A DNA stretch of 62,087 nt, counting the filler, from Choristocarpus tenellus KU-1152 (Eukaryota; Protista; Phaeophyceae): assembly GCA_964200185.2 (NCBI GenBank). It is 12 parts of 12 records of this genome, joined end to end, with 100 filler letters (N's around TTAATTAATTAA, not from the genome) between each part and the next. Parts side by side here need not be neighbours in the genome. Positions count along the whole stretch, not along the records: positions 57,384 to 62,087 come from CAXNAD020013398.1; 11 more parts are not named here. One strand, given 5' to 3'. Made by a program: the position numbers and the translations under genes. Within the stretch, counting starts at the first letter, position 1. Every line of letters starts with the position of its first letter. The notes beneath the pieces are model-generated. The model saw nothing but the letters and a program-made list of their open reading frames with translations, had not been told where the DNA came from and did not search any database. Shown one piece after another: positions 61,782-62,087 of this stretch.

Positions 61782-62087
61782 TGAGAGTGTAAGTCGGTAT
61801 GTACACAGGGAAATGTCAAATGTTGATGGGAGGTACAACTACAAAATCCAGTGGTAGAGTGGAATTTCCTTGGAGGTTTGTTCATTGACAAAAAAAGATA
61901 CTCACAAAAAGGTACATGCAGCCGCAACTGTCGTCACAAATCCCCTACCAGCAAAACCATGAAATAAACACACAGCCGAACCCAATCCATCCCCATCACT
62001 CACCCTCCTCAATAGCACTCAGAATAAAATTTGACATGATTTGACATGCACTCTTACTTCTCCCGCAACCCTAACCCTAACCTTAAC

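Noticed and set aside
62068-62087. CCCTAA repeats at the window end as a true telomere
   Set aside because: The tract lies within an intron of BRR2, whose upstream exons must continue beyond it, and the C-rich strand at a right end is the wrong orientation for a chromosome terminus.

Overview
This window is not one locus. It is 12 eukaryotic contigs joined by artificial 100-bp spacers (44 N + TTAATTAATTAA + 44 N), so gene neighbourhoods across spacers are meaningless. The organism is most likely a brown alga: there is an LHCF/fucoxanthin-chlorophyll protein C-terminus, a bipartite plastid-targeting presequence and intron-rich genes. Reconstructable spliced genes are a plastid-targeted prephenate/arogenate dehydratase (5' part), a complete BRK1, the 3' end of LHCF, the 5' part of UGGT, an ankyrin-repeat protein, an SZT2-like fragment and six internal exons of BRR2/SNRNP200. 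There is also a degenerate tRNA-His, a decayed plant-type mariner in UGGT intron 1, and an abundant MITE-like family (at least 3 subtypes) that shares one terminal inverted repeat and repeatedly nests in itself. The most unusual structures are an ~850-bp palindrome ending 38 bp before the dehydratase ATG, a 120-bp inverted duplication that copies an exon end and its donor site, and many short TTAGGG insertions, one framed by a 16-bp direct repeat. Two probable GC-AG introns and in-frame duplicated splice donors in BRR2 also stand out. I found no prokaryotic-type system (CRISPR, defence island) and no intact viral gene. All homology calls are from motif recognition, not database searches.
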